Source of the DNA: Tubiluchus corallicola
Lineage: Eukaryota > Animalia > Priapulida
Assembly (NCBI GenBank): GCA_030141605.1
Contig: JAQGDQ010002385.1
Coordinates: forward strand, 186,001-250,000
DNA: 64,000 nt
Reading direction: 5' to 3'
Below the pieces are notes generated by a model. The model saw only the letters and a list, made by a program, of their open reading frames with translations. It made no database searches and was not told the DNA's origin. This document shows positions 1-9,076 of this stretch, piece by piece; position 1 is the first letter of the stretch, and each line of letters starts with the position of its first letter. Both the position numbers and the translations under genes were made by a program.

Positions 1-714
1 CAGATCATTATGAATGTCACAATAATTCGCTATACAAGAAATAATGATGAGAACTACGGCCTAAGCTGGCAGGATGTCCTGCTTAGTAGTGGTGATAATA
101 GCATCAACTTTAGCGGAGGCGCTACTGTCGCATCTACCGGATCAATACAAGCGAACGCTACATTTGGTAACTTTTCTGCAGAAAGTATTATTGGGCTCCT
201 CTCAAGAAGAGGGGAAGCTATTATTGATAACAGTGTCCAGTTTGTCGCTCTTAATGGTGTACCCATTCCTGTCGATTTGACAACATCTCGTTCCTACATC
301 TCAAAAACATCTGTCACAACAACAGATGGTGTTACTGAGAAAAGTGTCGATGTTGACTCTGTTACAACAGGTATGCAACTTGCCGTATGGCCTAAGCTAC
401 AGTCCGATAACCGTATTGCCCTGTCAGTTTCCCTCTCTTTAGATGAATTGATTAGCCTAGAGGATTTTGATACAAGCAGTGGTGATAGTATTAAAGTTCC
501 AGAAACAGCGCAAAGTGTTGTACGACAACATGCCATCTTAGACTCTGGCACAACATGGATACTTGGAGGATTTAAAACAAATGACTTCCAGTATAATAGA
601 TCAAGCGTCGGAAATGTGCCGCATCATCTCCTTGGAGGCAGCACGACAAAATCAGAAAGTATAACAGAGTTACTTGTTGTTGTTACGCCAACTTTATTAA
701 ATGATTTGAAATAA
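1..714 (+). CDS. Type IVb pilus outer-membrane secretin (PilN/BfpB/TcpC-like), C-terminal part; 5' end lies outside the window
   Basis: Frame is open from base 1. Secretin C-terminal motifs of the PilN type: VALNGVPIP..YISK, VTTGMQLAVWP, IKVPE, SGTTWILGGF, LLGGS, ELLVVVTP. Confidence 0.85.
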   Translation, partial: QIIMNVTIIRYTRNNDENYGLSWQDVLLSSGDNSINFSGGATVASTGSIQANATFGNFSAESIIGLLSRRGEAIIDNSVQFVALNGVPIPVDLTTSRSYISKTSVTTTDGVTEKSVDVDSVTTGMQLAVWPKLQSDNRIALSVSLSLDELISLEDFDTSSGDSIKVPETAQSVVRQHAILDSGTTWILGGFKTNDFQYNRSSVGNVPHHLLGGSTTKSESITELLVVVTPTLLNDLK

Positions 715-781
715 CTATCTTTAACCCATGACTCAAAAACGATTAGTATAGATATGTGCTAAACGGTAAGTAGAGGAAAAT

Positions 782-1360
782 ATGAAGCTTTTTGAAGTCG
801 CAGCTGATAAACATAAATGGTTAATCGGATTCAAATGGATGCTGACATTCAGTAATAGCGATACTCATATACGCATGTTATCAGAGCAGTATAAAGGAGA
901 GATTGCTTTCAGTATGCCATCGGTCTCTAACCCTATACAGGACGAAAAGCAAAAAATGTATTTGGTCGCTTTAGGAATAGGGAGTAAAAAAATGCTTTCT
1001 ATTCCTCCTCTAACCCCTGCATTGGCGCTTCGCTATAACGATCGGACAGCTGTATTCCTTTATACAGATGAAGACTCAGAGGTTTCTTATGTTTCCGCCG
1101 CGATCAATGGAGACCCTGTTCCTAACGGTGAAATGGTTCTGGAAACAAAAACAGCTCAGAAACATGCGGGGCAACTCGCTGCTTCCTTACAATGCGATGT
1201 TATCCATTTAACACAAGAGGATCTTACCGAGTTGGTGCCTAATAAAGATATTGCCATAAGAACAGAAACAATGTCATGGAAATTTATTATTTTATTTTCC
1301 TTTTCAATATTACTGTTCCTTGTTATTTTGTTTGCAACGCTTATTTCCTTATTTTTATAG
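782..1360 (+). CDS. Putative T4b pilus accessory protein (PilO N-terminal / TcpR-CofE-like) with C-terminal TM helix
   Basis: RBS AGAGGA before ATG. Directly follows the secretin. N-terminal WLIGFKW and AING.PVP..E resemble the PilO2 N-terminus. Hydrophobic C-terminal helix. Confidence 0.55.
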   Translation: MKLFEVAADKHKWLIGFKWMLTFSNSDTHIRMLSEQYKGEIAFSMPSVSNPIQDEKQKMYLVALGIGSKKMLSIPPLTPALALRYNDRTAVFLYTDEDSEVSYVSAAINGDPVPNGEMVLETKTAQKHAGQLAASLQCDVIHLTQEDLTELVPNKDIAIRTETMSWKFIILFSFSILLFLVILFATLISLFL

Positions 1361-1394
1361 CTTATTACTGAAACCAAATTAATAGAGAGAAACC

Positions 1395-2282
1395 GTGAAT
1401 AAGAAAAAGATAATATTGTTTTTTGTTTCCATCTTCTTCCTTGTATTTTTATTCGGAGGCTCTTATTTTATATGGACTGCTCTGGTGCAGCCAGATGCCG
1501 TGCCTTCGTCAAAAAAACCTGTTGATTTTGAAACTAAACTACAAACAGCATCATTAGGGTTTATAGACATAATATCCAGACAAACAAAAGGATATAAACC
1601 TTTATTTTACCATTGGCTTTTAATAGAAAAAATTGCCAGGCTTCCAAAAGAAGCAGGGCACTGGAACATGGAATCTGTAGAATGTTCTGTTAATATATGC
1701 ACCTTAAAATGGACTAATAAAGGAATTGCTATACCGAAAGTACTGGAAGACGCCTTTACAGAACATGGATACCAGAGTCTCATAAAAAACTTAGAGTTTA
1801 ACCGTCAAGGTACAGAATCGACCTTACCAAACTTCCGAATTGATACAGATGACAATCCGATTGTCAGTTACAAAATATTTCAATCTCCATCCAGTAGCTC
1901 TTTTCAGGAGAGGTTGAGAGTAACAGAAACGGAAACACAAATACGACAGAGTAATCGAAGTAATGAGCTCATTGTAATCTCTAATATCCGAGATACAATT
2001 TTACAAACCGAGCAAGCGTTTAATACTCTTTTTCCTGGAGTGTTAACTATTCAAGAGCCGCAAAGCTATTCTCCTGAGTATGCAAAGCAAGTTCTTCCGA
2101 GGAACTTACGTGAGATGTTTTTTGGCACATGGTCATATGAGGCCAAGCTGGAAGAAATTGAGTTTTACATCGGTCTTTTAGATACGCTGATGGAAAATAC
2201 ACTTGTTGCAAATAAAATATCGTTTAACCTTACCAATGATCTTATAAAATACGAGGGCAATTATGTATATCGTCAAGAATAA
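1395..2282 (+). CDS. Putative T4b pilus accessory protein (PilO C-terminal / TcpD-CofF-like) with N-terminal TM anchor
   Basis: GTG start, KKK plus a TM helix. LP...GHWNMESVECSVNICTLKW and terminal YEGNYVY resemble the PilO2 periplasmic region. Confidence 0.55.
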   Translation: MNKKKIILFFVSIFFLVFLFGGSYFIWTALVQPDAVPSSKKPVDFETKLQTASLGFIDIISRQTKGYKPLFYHWLLIEKIARLPKEAGHWNMESVECSVNICTLKWTNKGIAIPKVLEDAFTEHGYQSLIKNLEFNRQGTESTLPNFRIDTDDNPIVSYKIFQSPSSSSFQERLRVTETETQIRQSNRSNELIVISNIRDTILQTEQAFNTLFPGVLTIQEPQSYSPEYAKQVLPRNLREMFFGTWSYEAKLEEIEFYIGLLDTLMENTLVANKISFNLTNDLIKYEGNYVYRQE

Positions 2283-3357
2283 AAAAATCTTTCCGCTCAT
2301 CTTCTTTATAGGAGTGTCTCTACTATATGTTCCTTTCACATTAGCGCAAGATGATCAAAGTCCCATTATCCGTTCTTCTATCTCGCTTGACACTGAAAGT
2401 CCTCTCTTTATAAAAGGGGTAGATGTTAGCGCTTATCTAAATCGTGCAATTGAAAATGTTTTGGCATCACATGATGTCCTCTATATGGAAAGCGCGGATG
2501 TTATCTTCGAGCGCATCTTCAATCTGACACTGACAGAAGTTAGAACGCAAGAACCAACTCTGACAGAAAAGGATTTGAGCTATATAACATATACGATGCA
2601 GCCTATTTTACGCTCAATCGTTCAGGCTCTGCAAAGACAAGCTCAACAAGCAAGAGCAACATCTTCATTCTCTCCTGTCATTAACCCTCTTGAAACTGTC
2701 CTCTCACAAATGCAAGGAGGGGGAACGACGTCAACATTAGGGCAACAAATTGAGCAGCAGACAGCTATTTTATCTATTGAACAGGAGATTCAACGTGTAA
2801 ATAAACTGCTCTCTCTTGTAGAACAATATGAGAAGCTAGGTGCTTTCCAGGATACTCTCGACCTACTAGGAATTAATCTGCTACGTGGAAGCACTGTTTC
2901 TGTACAGGAAGAATTCGTCACTCAACAAGAACTTATGAACCTCGCAAAAGAACTGAAGCTGGAAATCCAACAGGATGTAGAAGCTGAAATCCAAGCGCTT
3001 GAGCTTAGCACCCTTGCCGTTCTTGGCGATCAAGAAGCCGCTTTAGCAGCGACTGTTCTTCTTCAGCAGAAACAAGAGGAAAGAGTACAACAACGAACCA
3101 CATCAATAATCGCAGAAGAACCTGCCGTGCAATATCCAGAGGCTTCCGGTCCATTATATCAATCCGTAAGAGCCGCAAAAGTCATTGACTATTACGTAGA
3201 TGGAGGAGAGCCAATCGCCCGCGTGCTATGGATTGATGGTACTGTTTACTATTTACGCAATGAAACAATATTTGCTAATGGATGGCAAGTTGAAAGTATC
3301 GAAAATGGAACTATTCAACTCAGTAACGGAGGGTATAACTACAGACTTAATTTCTAG
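2263..3357 (+). CDS. Putative exported T4b pilus protein with C-terminal PilP-like beta domain and long Q/E-rich helical region
   Basis: Signal peptide (TLA-QD). Coiled-coil-like middle. C-terminal ARVLWIDGTVYYLR..GWQVESIENGTIQL resembles PilP. Overlaps the previous ORF. Confidence 0.5.
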   Translation: MYIVKNKKIFPLIFFIGVSLLYVPFTLAQDDQSPIIRSSISLDTESPLFIKGVDVSAYLNRAIENVLASHDVLYMESADVIFERIFNLTLTEVRTQEPTLTEKDLSYITYTMQPILRSIVQALQRQAQQARATSSFSPVINPLETVLSQMQGGGTTSTLGQQIEQQTAILSIEQEIQRVNKLLSLVEQYEKLGAFQDTLDLLGINLLRGSTVSVQEEFVTQQELMNLAKELKLEIQQDVEAEIQALELSTLAVLGDQEAALAATVLLQQKQEERVQQRTTSIIAEEPAVQYPEASGPLYQSVRAAKVIDYYVDGGEPIARVLWIDGTVYYLRNETIFANGWQVESIENGTIQLSNGGYNYRLNF

Positions 3358-3418
3358 TTTCTCTTTTATGCATACAAATAAAACTGCCCTTTAAAAAATA
3401 ATATATATTTGTATCGGT

Positions 3419-3462
3419 AAAATAAAAAAGCAAATTTCCTCTGAAATTTGCTTTTTTATTTT
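3419..3462. terminator. Bidirectional intrinsic terminator between the pilus operon and lpxL
   Basis: Perfect 20-bp inverted repeat AAAATAAAAAAGCAAATTTC-ctct-GAAATTTGCTTTTTTATTTT between convergent genes. Confidence 0.85.
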
Positions 3463-3487
3463 ATAACTCTCTAATTTAAAACGCCTT

Positions 3488-4411
3488 TTACTCCACCCAG
3501 CGATTATGCAACCAAAACCATTGTTGTGGATATTCCCGTACCCACTCTTCCACTAAATCATTCAGTTGCTGTGTATACGCTAGAACATCCTTTTGATAAG
3601 AATTCGACGATTGAAATTCAACAGGCGGGAAAACTTCCAGCTGGCACTTACCCTCTTGGCGAATCGCTCTTGCTGGAATAATATCGCATCCCATTTTTAA
3701 CGCCAATTGAGCAACAAGAGTCGTCGTCCACGCTTCCCTTCCCATAAAAAAAAATTTCTCTCCTCGGCGGTCTTTTTGATCAATAAGAAGCGCGATATCC
3801 TTCCCCGCCTTAAGATAGCGTATCGCTACCAATAAATTCGCCCGTGTCGCGTTTAATAAAGGGGCCGTCTTATTATCGCGCATCTTTTCATAAATGTTAA
3901 CAATATAGGGATTTTTCGGAGCGCGATATAAACGAAGAAGAGGAATATTATTCTTTAAAGCCCAAATCGGCATAATTTCCCAATTCCCTGTATGAGCGGA
4001 AATAAATATCCGCCCATTTCCCTCTGACTCTTTCTTCTCTTGGATATACTCCCTTCCTTTAATTTCAAAATAAGAGGAAGAAGAGCTGAAATCAAGCGCC
4101 TGCAAATGAGGAAACTCTCCAATTAGCCGAGCGAAATTCTCCCAAGCCGCACATAAAATCTCTTCAATTTCTTCTGGATTTTTCTCTGGAAACGTTGCTT
4201 TAATATTCTTTCGAGCCATACGAGAAACCTTTAAATAAGGACCTATATGCCTCCCCATATAACCAAGCATTCTAGAACTCCGTTCAAATGATAAACCCTT
4301 TAAAATAGAATATCCTAGCCATGCCCCCATCATCTCTAAAGCATATTGTATTTTTTTTCCCTGCGTAATCGACTCCCGTGAGGAAGAAACTGTGCTTTTT
4401 TTCTGTGGCAT
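3488..4411 (-). CDS. lpxL: Lipid A lauroyl/late acyltransferase (LpxL/HtrB family)
   Basis: HTGNWE, LLIDQ, YPQQWFWLHNRW motifs; follows lpxK. Confidence 0.9.
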   Translation of the reverse strand: MPQKKSTVSSSRESITQGKKIQYALEMMGAWLGYSILKGLSFERSSRMLGYMGRHIGPYLKVSRMARKNIKATFPEKNPEEIEEILCAAWENFARLIGEFPHLQALDFSSSSSYFEIKGREYIQEKKESEGNGRIFISAHTGNWEIMPIWALKNNIPLLRLYRAPKNPYIVNIYEKMRDNKTAPLLNATRANLLVAIRYLKAGKDIALLIDQKDRRGEKFFFMGREAWTTTLVAQLALKMGCDIIPARAIRQEGKCQLEVFPPVEFQSSNSYQKDVLAYTQQLNDLVEEWVREYPQQWFWLHNRWVE

Positions 4412-4416
4412 AAAAT

Positions 4417-5403
4417 TTATTGTTTACCTTCCATAATCTCCATCAATAACTGTGTGATCCTTTTTTCATCTTCCCAAAGAAGCTTTACTTTAAGAATATG
4501 AACTTGTTTCTGAAAGTAAAGAGGAAGACGAACCCAATCTTTCTCCGTCGTCACAAGAATAGCCTCCTTACTATTAGCTTCCTGCATAAGAGAATCCAAA
4601 TCATCCCTTTTATAAAAATAATGATCAGGAAAAGCAACCTTTTTTATAAAACATATCCCCATACCCGCAAGCGTTTCAAAAAACTTTTCCGGATGACCAA
4701 TACCAGCAAAAGCGATAACCTTTTGATCTCGCAGAACATCACAATCATACGGCTCTAAAAAAGCTGATAGAACACAATGATCCGCACCCGCGTCCGCAGC
4801 AATAGAATAACTATCCTTTCCAATAACAATAAGCCCATCAGCCTCTTGAAAAGCACTCCCTAAAGAAGAGCGCAACGGCCCCGCAGGCAAGACACATCCA
4901 TTCCCCCATCCTTTCGGACCATAAAAAACAAGAAAAGAAAAATCCTTTACAAGATCATGGTTCTGAAACCCGTCATCCATAATAATAATATCAATCCCTA
5001 AAGACTCCGCCATACAAGCGCCATGATAACGATCCGTGGAAACAATCGTTGGAGCCTGCCGCGCCAAAATAAGAGCCTCATCGCCAACATCCTGAAATGT
5101 ATGGCGCTCTAAATCAACAAGAAGAGGACCTTTCTCTTTACCACCATATCCCCTCGTAAGAAAACACGCTCTCTTTCCATGGCGCTTTAAAATAGACGCA
5201 ATAGCCAAAGCTGTCGGCGTCTTCCCAGAGCCGCCAACAACAATGTTTCCAACACAAAGCACAGGAAGAGAAATACGCTTTCTGCAAGATAACACCTTCT
5301 TTAACCAACTCCCTATACGCCAAAATATAGAAAAAAATAATAGACAATAAGCAAAAAAAGAACGCTTTCTTTTCCACCAAAATGATGGCGAACGATAATA
5401 CAT
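4417..5403 (-). CDS. lpxK: Tetraacyldisaccharide 4'-kinase
   Basis: VGNIVVGGSGKTP, LTRGYGG, GDEA, DDGFQN, PAGPLR, TTEKD. Start placed at the ATG at 5403 (MYYRSPSFW); the ORF track extends to 5448. Confidence 0.95.
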   Translation of the reverse strand: MYYRSPSFWWKRKRSFFAYCLLFFSIFWRIGSWLKKVLSCRKRISLPVLCVGNIVVGGSGKTPTALAIASILKRHGKRACFLTRGYGGKEKGPLLVDLERHTFQDVGDEALILARQAPTIVSTDRYHGACMAESLGIDIIIMDDGFQNHDLVKDFSFLVFYGPKGWGNGCVLPAGPLRSSLGSAFQEADGLIVIGKDSYSIAADAGADHCVLSAFLEPYDCDVLRDQKVIAFAGIGHPEKFFETLAGMGICFIKKVAFPDHYFYKRDDLDSLMQEANSKEAILVTTEKDWVRLPLYFQKQVHILKVKLLWEDEKRITQLLMEIMEGKQ

Positions 5404-5444
5404 AATTAAAGCCTTCCTACCATTTGAGCCTAAAAAAACAATGC

Positions 5445-6722
5445 TCAATTTAAATAGCGCGTAATTAATGAAACCGTCTCTTCCAGTATATTTTTATTCT
5501 GCTCCACTACATAATCATAGCCAAGATCCATATACTGCCGCCGTAATTTCTTATCCGACAAAAGAAGATCAACAGCTTCTAAAAGAGCCTCTTCATCTTT
5601 AACACACAAACCAACTCCCTTTAAAGTCATTGTCTGCGTTACTTCCGCAAAATTCTCAGTATAAGGGCCATACAAAACAGCGCATCTCAATCGAGCTGCC
5701 TCCAAAACATTCTGCCCTCCACCCGGTTTAGAATATAAAGATCGGCCAATGAACGCAATCTCAGAAAGCTGATAAAATATACCGATCTCCCCAAATGTAT
5801 CCCCTAAAAAAATATCCGTCTCTCTATCAGGGAATTCACCACAAGAACGTCTTTTAACGCATAATCCTATCTTCTCTAAGCTGTGCACTATCGACTGCGC
5901 GCGTTGCGGATGGCGCGGAACAATAATCGTTAAAAGATCGGCGTGCTTCTTCTGTAATTGCTTATGAATATATCCTGCGCTCTGCTCTTCTCCAGCATGG
6001 GTACTCGCCGCAAGCCAAAAAGGGCGAGAAGCAACCTGCTTTGCTAAAAAATCCACTTCATCCTGAGAAACTCGCAATGAAGAGATAGCAAATTTTAAAT
6101 TGCCAATAAAGTAAGTAGAAACCGCCTCCTGAGACAGAATCTTATAATAATTATAATCCTTCTTCGTTTGAGCCGAAATAAAACAAAAAGAAGACAATAA
6201 AACCTTAGCCGAAGAGGGAAAACGCCGCCATCTTTGAAAAGAGGAATCTGACATGCGCGCGTTAACAAGAGCCGCAGGAATACACCTTTCTTTCAAAGAT
6301 AATAAAAGAGACGGCCAAAGGTCCGATTCACTCCATATAACAAAATGAGGTTGCCAATACTCTAAAAAACGCTCTCCCCATGCAGGATGATCACAAGGAA
6401 GATATTGATGAAAAACACGTTCTGTCAAATAAGGCTTCAAAACACGCGCAGACGAAACAGTTCCTGTGGTAATAAGAAAACACCAGTCCTTATGAACAGT
6501 CTTTAATGAATCAATCAGAGGAAAAAGCGACAAAACCTCCCCAATACTCGCGCCATGAAGCCACACAAGAGTTGATTTAGGGCGAATATGCGTCGCATAT
6601 CCAAACCGCTCTTTCAAGCGATTTTCTTCTTCTTTTTTCCGCCATTGGCGAAATTTTAAAAAACAATAGATAAAAGGGCTTACAACATACCATACCCTTC
6701 TGTAAATCTTAAAAATACACAT
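5445..6722 (-). CDS. waaA: 3-deoxy-D-manno-octulosonate (Kdo) transferase
   Basis: WLHGASIGE, ESDLWP, NARMS, ASTHAGEE, VPRHPQR, GGQNVLEAA. Confidence 0.95.
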   Translation of the reverse strand: MCIFKIYRRVWYVVSPFIYCFLKFRQWRKKEEENRLKERFGYATHIRPKSTLVWLHGASIGEVLSLFPLIDSLKTVHKDWCFLITTGTVSSARVLKPYLTERVFHQYLPCDHPAWGERFLEYWQPHFVIWSESDLWPSLLLSLKERCIPAALVNARMSDSSFQRWRRFPSSAKVLLSSFCFISAQTKKDYNYYKILSQEAVSTYFIGNLKFAISSLRVSQDEVDFLAKQVASRPFWLAASTHAGEEQSAGYIHKQLQKKHADLLTIIVPRHPQRAQSIVHSLEKIGLCVKRRSCGEFPDRETDIFLGDTFGEIGIFYQLSEIAFIGRSLYSKPGGGQNVLEAARLRCAVLYGPYTENFAEVTQTMTLKGVGLCVKDEEALLEAVDLLLSDKKLRRQYMDLGYDYVVEQNKNILEETVSLITRYLN

Positions 6723-6732
6723 TCCATTCTTA

Positions 6733-7479
6733 TCATTTTTGTTTTAAATCCGAATAATCGCCCGGCTCCACCGGAACGCGACCACAAAATATGTCTGCCT
6801 GTTTTGTAATCCTATTTAACTCATCCTCAACCTTCTGGCTATAATAATTTAGCTCTTCCTCATTCAAAGAAGAAGGGACATGAATAGACTCTCCAAAAAT
6901 AACACACCCTCTCATAAAAGGAATACAATAAGGCAGAAAAAAACGATCCCACCCCCGGCAAATTTTTCCTCTAGAGACACTGAAAGTTACAGGAATAATA
7001 GGGCATTCTGACTTCTGCGCCAAAATAATTGTCCCAGGTTGAGAAACACGCATTCTCGGCCCTCTTGGACCATCCGGTGTAATACCCGCGCACCCTCCCT
7101 GCTGCTTTAACCCCCTAAGAACTTTATAAAGACCCGCCGCACCACCATGCGATGTCGAACCATAAGCCGTTCTCAAACCAAACCAAAATATAACATCCGA
7201 AATCAAGCGCCCGTCTCGATGCTCAGAAATTAAAACATACCCTTTCCTAAAACGCCACCACCAAGGCATAACAACAAGGCGGCCATGCCACATAGCAGCA
7301 ACACACGGATCCTTCTTACGCCATTTTTTAATAGAATCCTCATTACCAAATATCCGCCATCGAACAACAAAAATAATCAACCAAATATAACAAGCAATAA
7401 AAAAAGATATTACAAAGCGCACAGGGCGCATTTGCAATATCTTAATCCAAGATAATTTAAAAAATTCCATTGTTGCCAT
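6733..7479 (-). CDS. DUF374 / lysophospholipid acyltransferase family protein
   Basis: WHGR, ISEHRDG, ITPDGPRGP, WDRF; usual neighbour of waaA. Confidence 0.85.
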   Translation of the reverse strand: MATMEFFKLSWIKILQMRPVRFVISFFIACYIWLIIFVVRWRIFGNEDSIKKWRKKDPCVAAMWHGRLVVMPWWWRFRKGYVLISEHRDGRLISDVIFWFGLRTAYGSTSHGGAAGLYKVLRGLKQQGGCAGITPDGPRGPRMRVSQPGTIILAQKSECPIIPVTFSVSRGKICRGWDRFFLPYCIPFMRGCVIFGESIHVPSSLNEEELNYYSQKVEDELNRITKQADIFCGRVPVEPGDYSDLKQK

Positions 7480-7523
7480 GTCATTTTTACCTTGATTGCG
7501 TTATTCATACTTTCATCTATATA

Positions 7524-8969
7524 TTACTCATCTTGAACAACAGGCAAAGTCTCAAACATGACCCCTCTAGGGCCTTCTATGCGTAAGAAAATATTACTCC
7601 GTCCATTCCTCTTCGCATCTTCGTAAATCTCCTGTATTTCCAAAGGAGTTTCAACCTTCTGCTGATTAACACTTAATATCCTTAACCCCGAAGAAAAGCC
7701 TTTCTTTGCCGCAATACTCTCTCTATCCACTTTAACAATCAAAACACCTTCATCCTCTTCAGAAAGTCGATAACGCTGGCGCTCACTCTCTCCAATAACA
7801 CTCAACGAAAAGCCAAACTCTTCCATATACAATGTTTTTTCCGATTCCTTTCGGCTATCCGTTCCAGAAGTCTTGTTATTGTCCTGCTCAAGCTCGCCTA
7901 TAATAACAGAAAGGCGTTTTTCCTCGCCCTTCCGCCAGACAATAATCGTTACCTTTTCACCAACCGGAGTATCCGCCACAACACGAGGAAGCATACGAGA
8001 CGACTCAATTTTCTGACCGTTAAATGTCAAAATAATATCTTCCGCCTCCAGCATTCCTTTAGCAGCCGGGCTATCCTCGGAAACACTATTGATTAAAGCG
8101 CCATAAGCCTCATTAAGGCCGAGGGCTTCCGCAATTTCCTCTGTCACTTCAGAAATAGAAATCCCTAACCAGCCCCGCTGAACCACACCTTCATCCATAA
8201 GCTGCCTTACAACAGGGGCCGCCAATGAACTCGGAACAGCAAAACCAATACCGACACTTCCACCAGAAGGAGAGATAATCGCCGTACTTACACCAATAAC
8301 TTCCCCTTGCAAGTTGAACATCGGTCCACCAGAATTCCCACGATTAATAGACGCATCCGTCTGAATGAAATCGTCATAAGGACCTGATTGAATATCTCGA
8401 CCAAACGCAGAAACAATACCTGCTGTAACAGTCCCTCCTAAACCAAAAGGATTCCCAATAACTAAAACTCCATCACCAACACGAGACTTCATCGAATCAC
8501 CAAATGAAACGTACGGTAAAGGCGTATCACTCTCTATTTTCAAAACAGCCAAATCCGTATAATCATCATATGCAATAACCTCCGCCTCAAGATGATTCTT
8601 ATCATGTAAAATAACCGTTATTTCCTTCGCTTCACTGATAACATGATAGTTTGTCACAATATATCCATCCGAGCTTGTAATAAAACCAGAGCCCAGTGAA
8701 GTCACTTCTCGTTCCTCCGGCTCAAAACCATCAAAAAAATCTCTGTAAAATGGAAAAGGAAAAGGCATATTACCAAAGCGGCCATTCTGATTACTTTCAA
8801 CAACCTGAGTTGTGGAAATATTCACAACAGCCGGCAATAATTTCTCCACTAAATCAGCATAGCTCTCATGTGCAGAAACTCGGGAGGAAAATAAACTGAG
8901 AAATAAAACCGCGCTCAGAAATAAAAAACAATACCGCCGAAAGATACAAATTCCTTGATTCATCCTCAT
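7524..8969 (-). CDS. degP: DegP/DegQ (Do) serine endoprotease with two PDZ domains
   Basis: Signal peptide, SLGSGFI, TNYHV, DLAVLK, QTDASINRGNSGGP. Confidence 0.93.
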   Translation of the reverse strand: MRMNQGICIFRRYCFLFLSAVLFLSLFSSRVSAHESYADLVEKLLPAVVNISTTQVVESNQNGRFGNMPFPFPFYRDFFDGFEPEEREVTSLGSGFITSSDGYIVTNYHVISEAKEITVILHDKNHLEAEVIAYDDYTDLAVLKIESDTPLPYVSFGDSMKSRVGDGVLVIGNPFGLGGTVTAGIVSAFGRDIQSGPYDDFIQTDASINRGNSGGPMFNLQGEVIGVSTAIISPSGGSVGIGFAVPSSLAAPVVRQLMDEGVVQRGWLGISISEVTEEIAEALGLNEAYGALINSVSEDSPAAKGMLEAEDIILTFNGQKIESSRMLPRVVADTPVGEKVTIIVWRKGEEKRLSVIIGELEQDNNKTSGTDSRKESEKTLYMEEFGFSLSVIGESERQRYRLSEEDEGVLIVKVDRESIAAKKGFSSGLRILSVNQQKVETPLEIQEIYEDAKRNGRSNIFLRIEGPRGVMFETLPVVQDE

Positions 8970-9076
8970 GCTAATCCCTTCAACAAATCTATCAAAACAG
9001 AAACATCTTTTGTTTTAACTTTTATACTATTTTCTAAACAGAAAGACATCCATAAAATAATTAACAGCCACTATAA

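Noticed and set aside
711-725. CtrA box upstream of the PilO-like gene
   Set aside because: ATAA-N6-TTAAC has a mismatch and the wrong spacing compared with TTAA-N7-TTAAC.
3746-3754. A9 tract in lpxL as a phase-variation site (also T9 at 26871-26879)
   Set aside because: Both genes are in frame and such runs are expected at this AT content; there is no evidence of variation without reads.
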